From Macrostomum lignano (Eukaryota): a stretch of DNA of 64,000 nt. This document shows positions 1 to 14,249 of the stretch, piece by piece. The stretch's first letter is position 1, and each line of letters begins with the position of its first letter. The position numbers were made by a program, and so were the translations under genes. The stretch covers positions 62,001 through 126,000 of the forward strand of contig NIVC01000106.1 of the NCBI GenBank assembly GCA_002269645.1. The letters are read 5' to 3'. The notes beneath the pieces are model-generated. The model was given only the letters and a program-made list of their open reading frames with translations, was not told the origin of the DNA and did not search any database.

Positions 1-108
1 GTCTCTTAATTTGGGTGTTTGTGTCCAAATACAAAATATGGGCCAGGTCGTGCGGGCAAAAACCCAGGGCTCAACATGCAGTGGCTCATGTATGTACAAT
101 CTAGGACC

Positions 109-1618
109 TGTGGTGGCTCGCGATCGCGGTGCCAGAAAGAAAAGGAAAAGTGCGCTCGTATATTTCTTATTTCTCTCAGCCCGTGGGCTCCTCAACTGTA
201 ACGAGAGGCGTAAAAATCAGATGTGGCCATAGACAACTGATGCGTTGTTAATTATAGAACTCCTTGGTCTGTCTCTGGCCGCCACACAGCTCCCCCCCCA
301 GCGTCAAGCTGCATGCCGAAATGCGCCGGTCGGCACTGCCGATGTGGCTGACGGCGACTGGGAACACTGGCTGGCTGTACTGGTGGCTGCTTGGTGCCGA
401 GTGGACTAGCATGCAGGTTGCGCTGGTGGTGTGGCAGACACGCACCGGGGGTGACCCCGTGGGCGGAAAGCCGCGGCTGTGGAACAGGGTCGGTGGTGTC
501 GAGAATGGCCGGCCGGCTTTAACCTGTCAACGCTCGGACCCGATCGCGCCGGGTGCCCAGGTCTAACAGGAAAGTCTTGGCCTCCCTCTGATGACTCTGA
601 ATGGCCCGGCCCATTGTATGGCCTCTGGAGTAGAGAGTGGTAGCCGTCCCGTCGCACAAAAAACAAATTTTCAGGTTTCGAGGGCTAAGGGCCAGGCGGA
701 TGATATGGTCGTCTGACATTGTGCGACGTGGGCACCGGCCGAAAAACTTGCACGGCTGTGCGCAACTGAGCCAGGAACTGGTCTTGGCTGCCAGCTACGG
801 TGGTGCTACGCAGCAGGCACTCTCCAGGCACACTGAGCGGCGCCCCGTACACCAGCTCAGCCTATGAGGCCGGCAGGTCCTCCTTGGGAACTGAGCGGAT
901 CCCTAGCAACACCCAGGGCAACTCGCTGACCCCCCAGGCTGGTCCTGTCAAGTGCGCCATCAATGAAGCCTTGAGCTGCAGGTGAAATCTCTCCACTAAA
1001 CCGTTCGCTTGCGGGTGAAAAACCGTTGTCCGGTGCAACTGCATGCCAAGGAGGCGAGCGATAGCGGTCGCGCACGGCTATGATGGCAGAGTATGCAATG
1101 TCAGTGCCTTGCGGAGATCTTATGCCCACTGCACTACAGTTGTCCATGTGCACTACTACGAGCGTAAGGACGGACCAACTGGGCGGTGGCGGTCGCACGC
1201 GAGTCTGTGGCCGAGCAATCGGCTACACAGCCGTGACAGAGGCGAAAGCAATTGCCGGGCAGAAACGCTGGACCCGCAGTGGCCCGGCGTGTGCGTCGTG
1301 GAGCTGGTGGTGGCAGCGCCAGCGTTGAAAGCCAGATGGAGGCTGCAGCGGTGCTCAAAGGGTCGCAGCTGGCAATGGATGGCCGTATGATCTGATGGGC
1401 GCTGATTTCCTCTGTGTTGCGGGCCGTATCTGCAAGGTTTGACCCACCGCAAGCGGCGGCGGGAGTCGGGCTCACCAATTTGGTGGCTCGCGATCGCGGT
1501 GCCATGCAGTAAGAAAAGGAAAAGTGCGCTCCAGTCCGTGGGCTCCTCAATTGTAACGAGAGGCGTAAAAATCAGATGTGGCCATAGACAACTGATGCGT
1601 CTGTCTCTGGGCGCCACA
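109..1618 (-). mobile_element. Internally deleted Gypsy/Ty3-type LTR retrotransposon (non-autonomous, ~1.5 kb)
   Basis: Direct repeats at 109-286 and ~1479-1618 (LTRs, TG...CA ends, one end degenerate) flanked by a 4-bp TSD GACC (105-108 and 1619-1622). On the minus strand a PBS-like TGGTGAGCCCGAC follows the 5' LTR and a polypurine tract (287-300) precedes the 3' LTR. Frameshifted integrase remnants: TTVFHPQANGLVERFH, ELPWVLLGIRSVPKEDL, AELVYGAPLSVPGE, VRRDG..LQRPYNGP, SVDRLKPA. Confidence 0.9.
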
Positions 1619-3012
1619 GACCACTGCATGTACCTGTATGTAAGCTAATACATGTATGTGGTCCTTGTGTACAATTTGTACGCCGTCAAGCGGTAAACAA
1701 ACAAACATACTGTATATCGACACTACACTATTGTTAGTAAAGCTTTAAGCTTTAATCAGTACATGTGTATTTCGATCTTAATCCATAAATTTAACAGACT
1801 TTCATTATTCATGTAAGTGCCTACTACAATGTTTTGTCGCAAAGTTGTTAATTCTCATTAGCAGCTGCAGCTTTTAATTAATAAAAATTCGAAACAAGAG
1901 GTTTAAACTGCATAGCCGAACTTCAAGACCTTGATCAGTACAATGAAATAATAATCACATGAGTAGATTCACATCCGCCGTTTTCTGGCAGTGCTCTTCA
2001 CTCAGTTATTAAAGACTCAAGGGAAATCAAACAATCCCTCGTTTCCCCGAGGGAATGAAGAAGCTCTTGACGAAAAAAGAGCAGCAAATCAGAGGCGCAA
2101 TACAACAATCGCTAGCTACTACAGTGTTATTGCCCCATTGTTACAGAATCAAGGCTGCTCTGCACAATTAATTGTCTGAGAGCTGCTGGTGGGCTCAGAG
2201 TAAACCTTAAGCATCCATCTCTAGCCCCCATTGTTAAAATTATTCTCGGGGTACCATAATTGACGAAAAAATATTTGGGTAGAACAATTTCCGCCAAATT
2301 CTCACGCGACACTTTCTCGCTAATTGATCCACTTCAAAGGCTCCGTCCGCTATAAATGGTTTTACGCGCGCGCCATTTTTCGATTGGCCCTGCAATTGGG
2401 CACAAAAACTGATAAGAACAGTTCTCAGGAGGCGCGCACCTAGCCCTCTATAACTGGTGGTGGGTGCTTTTATATGGCACCGATTAGCAATTTAATTAAG
2501 CTGTTCAAACTGGAAGTGACTGAAGATTAAATTTTCCTTAATTTCTTTGATGCGTTGTGTTGAAATCCATTAAGAGAATTGAGCAGCCAGGTGAATGAAT
2601 AGAAATTTATTGGTTTCAGCTGTTGTGTAGGATCAAAATTAGCACTTCGGATCGATGTTTTGATCAACTTTTGGAATTATGTTTTTTTTACCGCAAATCA
2701 GAAGTCAAGGACTTGCCAACTATGTGCACGCACTTGAATTTCATTGAAGACCTGACATTGGTCGATAAATTGACTTCTGTGCGTTACGTAGGTAGGGAGA
2801 CTGTTAAAATTACGTACACATTACATTACATTAAATTAAATTACATAGGAATGAAGTTTTCCGGGAGTTTTGGCTGCAGAAGGGGGCTGGCGGCCCTCTA
2901 TCAACCCCACATAGAGTGTCTCCACAAAAATTTCGTTCACCAAGACAGGGGCGCCAAAAAGGCCAAATATTGGCGCCCCTAAAGGTTGCGGCCCACCAAT
3001 TAATATTCCCCT

Positions 3013-3760
3013 GGGAGCCTTATGTGTCGGTAATGGGAGCCTTATGTGTATGATGGGGGAGCCTTATGTGTCGGTAATGGGAGCCTTATGTGTATGATGG
3101 GGGAGCCTTATGTGTCGGTAATGGGAGCTTAATGTGTCGGTGATGGGAGCTTAATGTGTCGGTGATGTGGGAGCCTTATGTGTCGGTAATGGGAGCCTTA
3201 TGTGTCGGTAATGGGAGTTTTATGTGTATGATGGGGGAGCCTTATGTGTCGGTAATGAGAGCTTAATGTGTCGGTAATGGGAGCCTTATGTGTATGATGG
3301 GGGAGCCTTATGTGTCGGTAATGAGAGCCTTATGTGTCGGTAATGGGAGCTTAATGTGTTGGTGATGGGAGCCTTATGTGTCGGTAATGAGAGCCTTATG
3401 TGTCGGTAATGGGAGCTTAATGTGTTAGTGATGGGAGCCCTATGTGTTGGTGATGGGAGAGCCTTATGTGTCGGTGATGGGGGAGCCTTATGTGTTGGTG
3501 ATGGGAGCCTTATGTGTCGGTAATGAGAGCCTTATGTGTCGGTAATGGGAGCTTAATGTGTTGGTGATGGGAGCCCTATGTGTTGGTGATGGGAGAGCCT
3601 TATGTGTCGGTGATGGGGGAGACTTATGTGTAGATGATGGGGGGCTTTATGTGTCGGTGATGAGGGAGACTTATGTGTAGGTGATGGGGGCTTAATGTGT
3701 CGGTGATTGATGAGCTTTATGTGTCGATGATGGGGGAGCCTTAAATGTATGTGTCGGTGC
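3013..3760. repeat. Minisatellite, ~22-25 bp unit GGGAGCCTTATGTGTCGGT(A/G)AT
   Basis: Tandem copies read directly; degenerate at the right end. Confidence 0.9.
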
Positions 3761-4420
3761 TGGCCATGGAGCTTTATTTTTGGTTTTGTGAGCTATAGAA
3801 CTCAATCAAATATGAATAAAAAAGACCTGATTTAGACAGATGTCTGCATCAATGAAGCCCAAGAAAAGTACAATAAAAATTGCATTATTTTTATTTTTTA
3901 CGCTGAGAGTATAGTTTCAATGTCTGGCGTAACTATGTGCAGTGTACGCTTTTTTAAGCTCCAAAAGTGTGACTAGTTTAACAAAACAAATGTTTTCATT
4001 AAGTACAAGTGAAGAAACGGCATGATAAAACTTTAACACTGTAAAAGAATGGTACCTGGACAAGCTAATTGAGTGAAGCTTACAGTTGGAGAATGAATAG
4101 AACATTAAAAATTTACACAGGACAGGACAGTCAGCGAACCACATAGAGGTAGGCAGGTAGAAATAGGGCAGGCAGGCAGAGACAGACAGAAAGAGAGCAA
4201 ATGAAAAGATTGTAAATGTCTAACAGGAAGATAAAAATAAAACTGATACATTACAACTACTACAACAGTAAGTAGTCTACAATATGAAACAAAACAGTCT
4301 ATTCTTATTAAATTTGTTGTCTTTCATGACACTTTGTTTAATGTAAAAACATATTATACCTACAATTTTCGTGCACAACAGGTTATGCGGTGTGAAATTC
4401 TTAAAACTTATTTGTTTAAA

Positions 4421-4606
4421 TTACAGGTCAGTCAGCCTCTCCATCCAGTTGTGCGACTTGAAGAACTCTGGCACCTGTTGGTCCATGCGAGCGATCACTT
4501 TGTAGATTGGCTTTTTCCACGACTGCTCCTGGTCTTTGTTGGCTGACAGGGCTTTGAAAAACTCGCGCAGCGTAGCCTCAATGACTGTTCGAAAATGGGA
4601 CGGCAC
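4421..4606 (-). CDS. pros: prospero/PROX coding exon 5 of 5 (Prospero domain C-terminus and stop)
   Basis: VPSHFRTVIEATLREFFKAL...SWKKPIYKVIARMD..VPEFFKS matches the Prospero domain. Acceptor TTTCAG at 4607, TAA at 4421-4423. Full CDS = complement(join(4421..4606,4794..4938,7007..7161,14465..14908,15553..17139)), 2517 nt, phases consistent. Confidence 0.95.
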   Translation of the reverse strand: MPSHFRTVIEATLREFFKALSANKDQEQSWKKPIYKVIARMDQQVPEFFKSHNWMERLTDL

Positions 4607-4793
4607 CTGAAAATTACAAGAACGAGTTTTATCTAAGTTGGAGTGTCACTGGATGTGCAGGTAGTCCCGGTCAGAGAAGACCCGGTCAGTGGAGTCCCAG
4701 TCAGTGGAGTCCCGGTAACTTCTGACCAGTTCCTCTTGGACTAAAGCAAAGCCAAAGCCATGCATTTGTAACAGTTGCTTCACTTGGACTCAC

Positions 4794-4938
4794 CTCGATC
4801 TGGTTGTTCCTGTTGTAGTGCAGATTGAGCACTCGATAGATCTCCGAGTCGGCTGTCACAGTGATTCTCTCGGCCGATCTGACGCCCTCAACGATTGCCT
4901 GTCGAGCGTATTTCTCCATTTGAATGTAGAAAAACTCG
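4794..4938 (-). CDS. pros: prospero/PROX coding exon 4 of 5 (homeodomain end and Prospero domain start)
   Basis: (R)[14 protein letters not shown]...[19 protein letters not shown]. Acceptor CCACAG, donor GTGAGT; phase 2 in, phase 0 out. Confidence 0.95.
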
Positions 4939-7006
4939 CTGTGGAAAACGGGGACGCGGATGGGAGAAGAATTTTGTTATAGTTTCACATTCCAATAATT
5001 TCCCTGGGTTTGATTCCCAGCTTGCAATGGGGGTTTGTTGTCTGATTCACACCTGTTAGCACTAACCCCCCCAAGGCACAGGCTGTGTGCCCTGCCTGAA
5101 GATGATCGGTGTCAGGGCAGCCGTACACCCCGTGAGAGCATGTGAGAACTGTTTCTCACAGTCTGCCTATTAATTTGGATACTCAGGCGTCCATCTTCGA
5201 TGGGTTCCTTTTTTCCTCGTCGATAATCATACTCAAGATTTAAATTTTGAGACCACGGACTAGCTAGCCGATACGTGAAATAAAGTTGCTTGGGGTTCTG
5301 ATTCTCCCCGGGATGTGCTCTCTCTCTGGGGCATTTTACTTTGAGAAGGATCATTGAAATCAGCGTCGAGCCTCTTCAAACTACAGTTGACAAGATGGCC
5401 TAACTCCCCTGGGGAATGCCAAACAAAATTCCATTTCTATTACAGTCCAGCCGCGGATTAATTGAGAATCTGGCCCGCCCCACCCTACAAAAACAAGTGA
5501 GCAGTATAAGACAAAATGGAGAAGAGAGACGGGTTCGAGTGAAAGTCCGTCAGAGACTGCTCCGGCGCGCAGGAGGCGGAAAAGGTTTCCTTGAAGGGTG
5601 TCGCTTTTAGAAAGTTGACAAGTTAATCCGGGAATCACGCGACATCAGGCCTTATCTACTCTGCTCCTGGCTATCTCTGTCTATCCATCCTCTTCCACTC
5701 TTCTTCTCGTCTCTTTAAAAAGGACCGCCACCAGAGTTTCAGCCGCCCCCCTCCCGCCCGGGGCGTGTCGTCTTCTCCTGTCAGCTTTTCTCAATATATA
5801 CGCAAGGGCCAGGGTCAACAGCCATGCGCGTCGGGGATTTCGGATTTCCATGCAAAGCTCCCCTTTTTCCCTCTCGTGTATTCCGTGTATGTCGGCGGGA
5901 AAGAAAATTAGAGGGCTAGCAGAAGATCGTTCGATCAATTCGTTGGGATGCTACAGCAGGGTCGCGGTGCTCCCGGGCGGTGGATTTCTCGCAGCCTTGA
6001 GGCTTTTGACACGTCTCTCTAGTCTCTAAATCTTCTTCGGGGAAGTGACGTCTGCCGGGTGGATTTACAGCCCGCGTTTTCCTTTTAAATCCATCCCATC
6101 GACACCGAGGCTCTCTAAGAATTCAAAAAGGCGACAAAGACGTCACCAGCTGTATCGTGTGCCAAACAGAGATCAAGATGTCAACCTTGCAGGCTTTTCA
6201 TTTCAAGCGCTGTTGCCTCTTGTGTAAACATTAACAGGCCAAAATTGGTTGTCCTAGATAGTAGAATTTATTTTTTAAAAGACGTGCCAAAAACTTTGCG
6301 AGTGTAAAAAATGGATGGACCACCCGCTGTTCATGGAGGTCAGCCGGTGTTCACGGGAACGAAGATTTTCGACGCGCAGAATTCATAATTTCAGCTGTCA
6401 ATGATGATTGCACCGACGATTTTTAATAGTAGAAGAGAAGCATCTCCCAAGAGGGACTCCTTGCCGTCGGTTCTGTCCTAGCCTCTCATAGGAGGTTGGC
6501 ATTCAAATTAAAACGCTGCCGCAGTTTGAGTAACTTAATTTTCTCCGCTCCCGTTCAGGCAGTAATAGTCGGTGCGGGTCACTTAAGACAACTCGGCAAG
6601 CGAGAAAAAACTCCATTATAACCCCGCTTGGGCTTTCTAAATTCTACAACGGGCCAGCGCTCGTCAGAAATTCTGCCTCCAAAGATCGAAGCTATCAGCG
6701 GGCCGCTTTCTGAAGTCCCATGCAGCAGTCTCTTTGCGCATAATAATGATTTCAATGCGCATTAATATCGCAGAGGCTTTGATCTGTGACGAATTAGCCG
6801 TCTAAAACCTAATTACCGCATATTTTGCCAGCAGCGGAAGCTGTCGCTCTCCCCCAGGATCCGTTGGGAATATGTTTTTGAGGAAATTCTCCCCCCTCCC
6901 CATCCCGAAAGGAGAGTCGGAGTGAAGCTTAAACCGTGCATACGAGTAAATTCAACGAACATCATTTGACACAGTAGAGCGTACAAATACTTAATTATAT
7001 ACTTAC

Positions 7007-7161
7007 CGAAAGTTTGAAAACCACTTCACTAATTGTGCGGTGTTGTTCTTGTTGAACTTCACGTCCGGGAAGTAGGCCTTCAGCACGGCCGAGCTGGGAT
7101 AGCGATTGTAAAAGAACAGCAGCTTCGCTTTGCGCAGGTGGATCGGTGTCAGCGTGGTGGT
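7007..7161 (-). CDS. pros: prospero/PROX coding exon 3 of 5 (atypical homeodomain)
   Basis: [52 protein letters not shown] is the Prospero homeodomain. Acceptor CTTCAG, donor GTAAGT. Confidence 0.97.
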
Positions 7162-8924
7162 CTGAAGGCAAATTGACGTATGGAACAATTGTTTAAGAGA
7201 GTTTATCGAAATTGAGAGTCAACCTTTTCTTGGAGATTTGTTTTACTTTGATGCAAAGTAATCAAAAAGATTTGAATATTTAGCAACGGATACTTAGAAT
7301 ACAGAACTACAGTCAGTGGCTGTTTGGGGTCTCAGCGAGCGTTACGCAATGTTGCGTTACGAACCAGTCGCTTTATACAGCGTTATGTGCTGGTGCGAAT
7401 TTGCGCGCGCTTCGCAAGACTTAGTTGATGTGTATAGCTAAAGTTTTTAATAGTCAACACACAATTTGTTGAGCGAAACCATTCGTCAAACCATTGACGA
7501 ATGCCCCGAACGCAAAAATTTTGTATATAGCTATGCAATTTCAGTGCAAATTAACTAGAAAGCAGAAAAGCAAGCGCTGCATGGTTGAAAGCAAAAAAAA
7601 ACTGACATCACTGCTGCAGGCGTATTTCTGTCGTTTACAAAGCGGTTCAGGGCCGCATTCAACCGGATATAAACTTGAAATCCTCTCTTCTATGTTTTAC
7701 TGCGCAATCCTCAGATTGCAGGCGAAAAGAATTTCCAAAAGAGCCAATTTTGTCCTCCTCAAGCTGGCAAATTTTCACGTCTCCCCAGAAAGTTTTTTAA
7801 ACGCTTCGACGAATGACGATCGCTTCAGTGCAGTTCCGCCCCGGAAACTCGACAAGGGGCGGAGGGGCGGGGGCCAAGTTACGACCCGAAGTAAACCCAG
7901 CGCCAGATGTAGGAAGAATCGCATTAAAAGAGTTTCAGATTCTCCGATCATAGCAACTCATCATCGCTTGCTACCCAACCAGTTTTGATGACCAAGGAAT
8001 GAATAAACAGTGATAAACACCGGAGGACAAGAGTGGAAGGGGTTGGTAGGCTGCAATCGCTGCATTGAAACTTACAAGAATTATACTCGTACGTCTCTTC
8101 CGACATTCCAGAGCCGTTGTGCCTTCCTCAAATCCCTCTTACCGAAGGGCAATTTCTGCCGAAAAAAGAGCCTGCCAGACCTTAACCTACAACGATACCA
8201 AAATTTGTTTACGCACTGAGTGCTGCTTTCAACGCATCGGGTTGTGTGGCGCACAGACTACTGGCGGTATCATGTGACTTGATAGTTGCCTATGCCTGCC
8301 CCCCCCCAACCTCAGCTGCACCGTAACTTACTGGGTTAGCTTATAACTGACTTTAGTCAACGCGTTCAATCAGCAGCTAACTAAACTGATCACCTGGATG
8401 TGGGTGCGTGCGGTCTTGTATAATGCAGCCAGGCAACCAAATGCTTTAGCTATGATTGCTGGGTATATTATACACAAACATGCAAACAAAGACGGAGCCA
8501 CTGTCAAGTTGTGAGACAGCAAAAGACAAGCAAGGCAAGCAAAAAATACTGCCCCGCCAGAGACACGCAGAAAGATAGATGGCCGGCTAAGATTAAGTTC
8601 AAAGAGGCTGCTGCGAATGAGGAAGCAATCACTTCTTCCCTGATATTCGGCTACAACAGAGCAGGCCTGAGGAACTATTTATGCAAAGGTGTTTTTGTCA
8701 CACTGTGCCGAACGAAAGGTGTCCGCGAACTATAAACAAACGAAAGTTTATTCTAGTTGTAGCTGTGGAAATTTTCTGGTCACTTTTTTAGACTTTGTCC
8801 AGGATTGGTGAAGACGCACGAGCTTCGATTGCGAGAGTGCGAGATCTCACGAAGTGGTAGGCCAAGCGAATAAATTATAAATGTTGAAATGGCGCTCTTA
8901 GAAACCGAAACAGCCACTTCCTTA

Positions 8925-9860
8925 GACATCGAAATGGCACTTCATCAGACATTGAAATGGCACTTCATCAGACATTAAAATGGCACTTCATCAAACATCG
9001 AAATGACACTTCATCAAACATCGAAATAGCACTTCATCAGACATCGAAATGGCACTTCATCAGACATCGAAATGGCACTTCATCAGACATCGAAATGGCA
9101 CTTCATCAGGCATCAAAATGGCACTTCATCAGACATCAAAATGGCACTTCATCAGACATCGAAATGGCACTTCATCAGGCATCAAAATGGCACTTCATCA
9201 GACATCAAAATGGCACTTCATCAGACATCGAAATGGCACTTCATCAGACATTGAAATGGCACTTCATCAGACATCAAAACGGCACTTCATCAGACATCAA
9301 AACGGCACTTCATCAGACATCAAAATGGCACTTCATCAGACATTGAAATGGCACTTCATCAGACATTGAAATGGCACTTCATCAAACATCGAAATGGCAC
9401 TTCATCAGGCATCAAAATGGCACTTCATCAGACATTAAAATGGCACTTCATCAAACATCGAAATGGCACTTCATCAGACATCGAAATGGCACTTCATCAG
9501 ACATCGAAATGGCACTTCATCAGACATCGAAATGGCACTTCATCAGACATCGAAATGGCACTTCATCAGACATCGAAATGGCACTTCATCAGACATCGAA
9601 ATGGCACTTCATCAGGCATCAAAATGGCACTTCATCAGACATCAAAATGGCACTTCATCAGACATCGAAATGGCACTTCATCAGGCATCAAAATGGCACT
9701 TCATCAGACATCAAAATGGCACTTCATCAGACATCAAAATGGCACTTCATCAGACATTGAAATGGCACTTCATCAGACATCAAAACGGCACTTCATCAGA
9801 CATCAAAACGGCACTTCATCAGACATCAAAACGGCACTTCATCAGACATTGAAATGGCAC
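8925..9860. repeat. Minisatellite, 23-bp unit CATC(G/A)AAATGGCACTTCATCAGA (prospero intron 2)
   Basis: About 40 tandem copies; explains the MALHQTSKWHFIRH ORFs in three frames. Confidence 0.95.
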
Positions 9861-11116
9861 ACTTTCTTCAAACATCGAGTTGACACTCGGTAGAAATCGA
9901 AATGGCAATTCCGATGAAAAATGGAACACTTTGGAATCAAATAGAAGCGACGATCGTAGGCCGCACTAATCAGACAAAAATGGCATTTTTATCTCACTGA
10001 ATTGAAAATAATCTTTCAAGATCCCAGGAGCCGTTGGGAATCGAAGACCAGTCATACTGCCCCTTCCCATGCACAAAAGAAATGCAACTATGCAAGCATT
10101 CACTCTCGCGCCATCGGGTGTACTTGAGCATTAGCCGTTCCATTAGAGATCCGACCCAAGCCCACAACCTGAATTCTTCGCCTCGGCTGCACGTCTGTTC
10201 AATGCTTAATTGCAAGCCGCTGCGACATCTTAGGAAATCCGATAAGAAGGAAATTGTGTCCGGGCGATCTGGAATCCACAAAGAGAGACCCGCGCTGTTC
10301 CCGGACACAAAAGAAGTCAGCAATAAAAAATAGCGAGAAAGGCATCCGCGGTGAATTTAGCTTTCAGAAAAAAATTTCTTCCCAGAAAACAAGGCTTATT
10401 ATAGAGGCTTGGAGCTCAGTTTTTTATCTACGGCCAATAGGAACTCCTAGGCCAAGCCATGGTGGCCAGCAAACAGAACCTGGTTTGGTTTTTGATTATT
10501 GTTTCGACTGGGGGCTTGCTATGAAGACTGTACTGACTGAAGTTGTCTCAACATGGCTTGAAAATGGGACGATGAGTTGTCAGGCTGTGGTGTCAGGCCT
10601 CCTTGGCTTTATCCATAATAGCGAGACTCACAAAAAGTGTCGTATCCTGCTCAGGATTTCTCAACCTCTTCCCGACGCGCCCGATCCCCGAGTAAAAGGA
10701 GAAGACGATGGTGAGATCGGATTTCAACACCTCATCCCACTCCCGGACCCACCATCTGCGTTAGTTTAGCATTGCCTTCCATTTCCAGTTTCCTCCATCA
10801 TTCTAATCGTCAGTTGCATGCCTTTAGATTTTGTTAGAGAAAGCAGGATGTGCCCGGCAAGTTATCAGATAGGTAGGATGCATTCAGGTCTTTTGCGTCT
10901 TGTGTATTCTGTTGAACCAATATTGTAGCTGGGTCTGTAAACTGTATCGCAGTTTTTCTCTATTCTTCGGTATTTCACTTTGACTTCCGGTGTTTGATGG
11001 AAGCCAGCAGGTATTAGTTGATCCGCTGTGCCGTTTTCAGACTTTTCATTCTTTGACTTTTTGTATAAGAATTCTAGTTAACTTCGCAGCTTTCTCTAAT
11101 AGAGTAGAGTAGAGTA

Positions 11117-12242
11117 GGTCCTACAGCATGTCTCTGAGAGGTCCTATACAGCATGTCTCTGAGAGGTCCTATACAGCATGTCTCTGAGAGGTCCTACAGC
11201 ATGTCTCTGAGAGGTCCTACAGCATGTCTCTGAGAGGTCCTACAGCATGTCTCTGAGAGGTCCTATACAGCATGTCTCTGAGAGGTCCTATACAGCATGT
11301 CTCTGAGAGGTCCTACAGCATGTCTCTGAGAGGTCCTATACAGCATGTCTCTGAGAGGTCCTACAGCATGTCTCTGAGAGGTCCTACAGCATGTCTCTGA
11401 GAGGTCCTACAGCATGTCTCTGAGAGGTCCTATACAGCATGTCTCTGAGAGGTCCTATACAGCATGTCTCTGAGAGGTCCTACAGCATGTCTCTGAGAGG
11501 TCCTACAGCATGTCTCTGAGAGGTCCTATACAGCATGTCTCTGAGAGGTCCTACAGCATGTCTCTGAGAGGTCCTACAGCATGTCTCTGAGAGGTCCTAC
11601 AGCATGTCTCTGAGAGGTCCTACAGCATGTCTCTGAGAGGTCCTATACAGCATGTCTCTGAGAGGTCCTACAGCATGTCTCTGAGAGGTCCTACAGCATG
11701 TCTCTGAGAGGTCCTACAGCATGTCTCTGAGAGGTCCTACAGCATGTCTCTGAGAGGTCCTACAGCATGTCTCACGGAGGTCCTATACAGCATGTCTCTG
11801 AGAGGTCCTACAGCATGTCTCTGAGAGGTCCTACAGCATGTCTCTGAGAGGTCCTACAGCATGTCTCTGAGAGGTCCTATACAGCATGTCTCTGAGAGGT
11901 CCTACAGCATGTCTCTGAGAGGTCCTATACAGCATGTCTCTGAGAGGTCCTATACAGCATGTCTCTGAGAGGTCCTATACAGCATGTCTCTGAGAGGTCC
12001 TATACAGCATGTCTCTGGGAGGTCCTACAGCATGTCTCTGAGAGGTCCTACAGCATGTCTCACGGAGGTCCTATACAGCATGTCTCAGGGAGGTCCTATA
12101 CAGCATGTCTCTGAGAGGTCCTACAGCATGTCTCTGAGAGGTCCTACAGCATGTCTCTGGAGGTCCTATACAGCATGTCTCTGAGAGGTCCTACAGCATG
12201 TCTCTGGGAGGTCCTACAGCATGTCTCTGAGAGGTCCTACAG
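11117..12242. repeat. Minisatellite, 25/27-bp unit GGTCCTA(TA)CAGCATGTCTCTGAGA (prospero intron 2)
   Basis: Highly homogeneous tandem copies with two length variants. Confidence 0.95.
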
Positions 12243-12883
12243 TACACGGCTCTCATACCGCCTAAAATTGGTCTTTCGATGGTAACCACGAACTCTTAAA
12301 TCGTAAAGTCGGCCTCACAAAAGTTGTTTCAATGGTTTTTTCAGGCCGAATTTAGCCTGACCAACGAAGCACCACCAGTCCTTGCCCTCTATTTCTTCAT
12401 TCTTTGCATAAACTCACAATTGTTTAAAACAGACATTCTCGGGGCTGTCAATGTCAACAAGGCAAGAATCAAATCAATTCAAAGGCTTCGAACTGGAATT
12501 CAGCGCTAACCCCCCCCCGCACCAGACTATGCAGTGCACAAACTTCAAATTTGATCAGCCGACTTTAAAAAAATCCCAAAAGCAGAAAAAGCGAAGGTCC
12601 CTGAGCAAGGCAGGAGGGTACGAGCTGACTTCAATTTCGATTTCAGAGATTGTTGTCTCGAGAAAAAAAGCCCGGACCGACTTTTGGCCAGATCGTTTTG
12701 AGTCAAAAAGACAGAAACAGGCTGGCAGAAGAGCACACACACACACACACACGCACGCAGACACGAGAAACAGGCGCCCTTTGGAACAAACACAGCGCGC
12801 AAGTTCCACCAGTGTTTTTTCAGGCCTCTTTTTCCGAGAATAATTTCATCTCAAGGTAGTTTTCTGCTCGCATAGCAAAATCA

Positions 12884-12887
<4 letters not shown>

Positions 12888-12958
<71 letters not shown>
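12888..12958. repeat. (GA)n microsatellite
   Basis: Read directly. Confidence 0.95.
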
Positions 12959-12961
<3 letters not shown>

Positions 12962-14249
12962 GACTCTTGTGTGCTCAGCTTATCTTGAGTCCAAGTGAGG
13001 CGACTACACAGGTTAGATCAAGCAATAACACACACGATTCAAAAAGTGAGAGTGGACAAAGCCGAAAGAGACCGAGGAAATCTTGCTTAGCAAGTGCCAC
13101 AGAAGCTCAAGTTTATAAGCAGGTAAGGCAGCAGTTGTGTGCACAGCTTCATGCGATCTCCTATCCTAGTTGAAAGGCTAGTTAGAATAGGTTGATGGGC
13201 ACCTCAGACTGAAAAAAAAACTTTTTTTACCTGTACAACTTTTGCTCAACGAAATGGTAGGACATGCAGGTTCGCACAGGTCCGTACAATGAATTTGATT
13301 GTTAAGAGAGTGAGGAATGTTTTTAAACTGCACAGTCATAGTTAATTTTGTTATAATCTAAAGAAACTTGGATGAACTACAGAGGGAGAAGTGTAGAGAG
13401 GGAGAGGATAGAGAGGAAAGTAGTGTAGAGAAGGAGAGTGATAGAGTGAGAAGGGAGAGGATAAACAGGAAAGTAGTGTAGAGAGCGAGAGTGAGAGAGT
13501 GACAAGGGAGAGGTGGAGGGATTGAGTAGGAGAAGAGAGGGAGAGAGTGAAGTGGGGTAGACAGAGGGATCCGTAAGCAGATCTATAGGGGAGGAACAAA
13601 AGCAGGTAAGACGGAAGCGGCTCAGACGGAGAGCCAGACCGAGCGACTCCAGTTCCAACGGAAAAAAAGGTGAATCCGCAGACGCCACGCTTCGCAACTG
13701 CAAAGAATGGCTGAAGAAAAGCGGGGCGACCCTAAAGAAAAAAGCAGGCAAACCCGAGGGGGCGAGCCTTGCCCGATCATCCCAGAAATGGGAGAAGTGA
13801 AAAAATCTGCGGCATCAATAAACGCGGATGGAGGGAGGCAGCCTCCCCAGTCTCGAAAAGCAGCAGAGCAGAAGGCTAAAAAAAGCACTGAGCTTCCTCT
13901 CTTGTCTTTGCGAACTGCTTCTGCAGCAATGAGGAAATTAAAACTGAGAGTAGGATTAATAAAAAAATTAAATCTAAAAAAGTCGTTGATCCGCCAGAAG
14001 CAAGAGTTGAAGACAAAATGCCTCTGTTGCTTCTGCAGAGATGCAGAAAGTAAAATTCTTTGTTAGGATCCTTAAATAGCAATGAGTAATGAAACTTGAG
14101 TGAATGAGCTCTCCTGCATTGAATCCCTATTGTGAAAATTGATTTTTTAAGCTTAGCTCAACGCTTTGTTTGTTGTCGTCAAGTCAATTGAGAATGTTGT
14201 TTACGAAAAAGTGAATTGATGGCTTTTGACAAGATCTTTTAAAATTGAG

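Noticed and set aside
8230-8420. Possible tRNA-derived SINE head (GGTTGTGTGGCGCACAG...)
   Set aside because: No convincing B-box, cloverleaf or second copy in the window.
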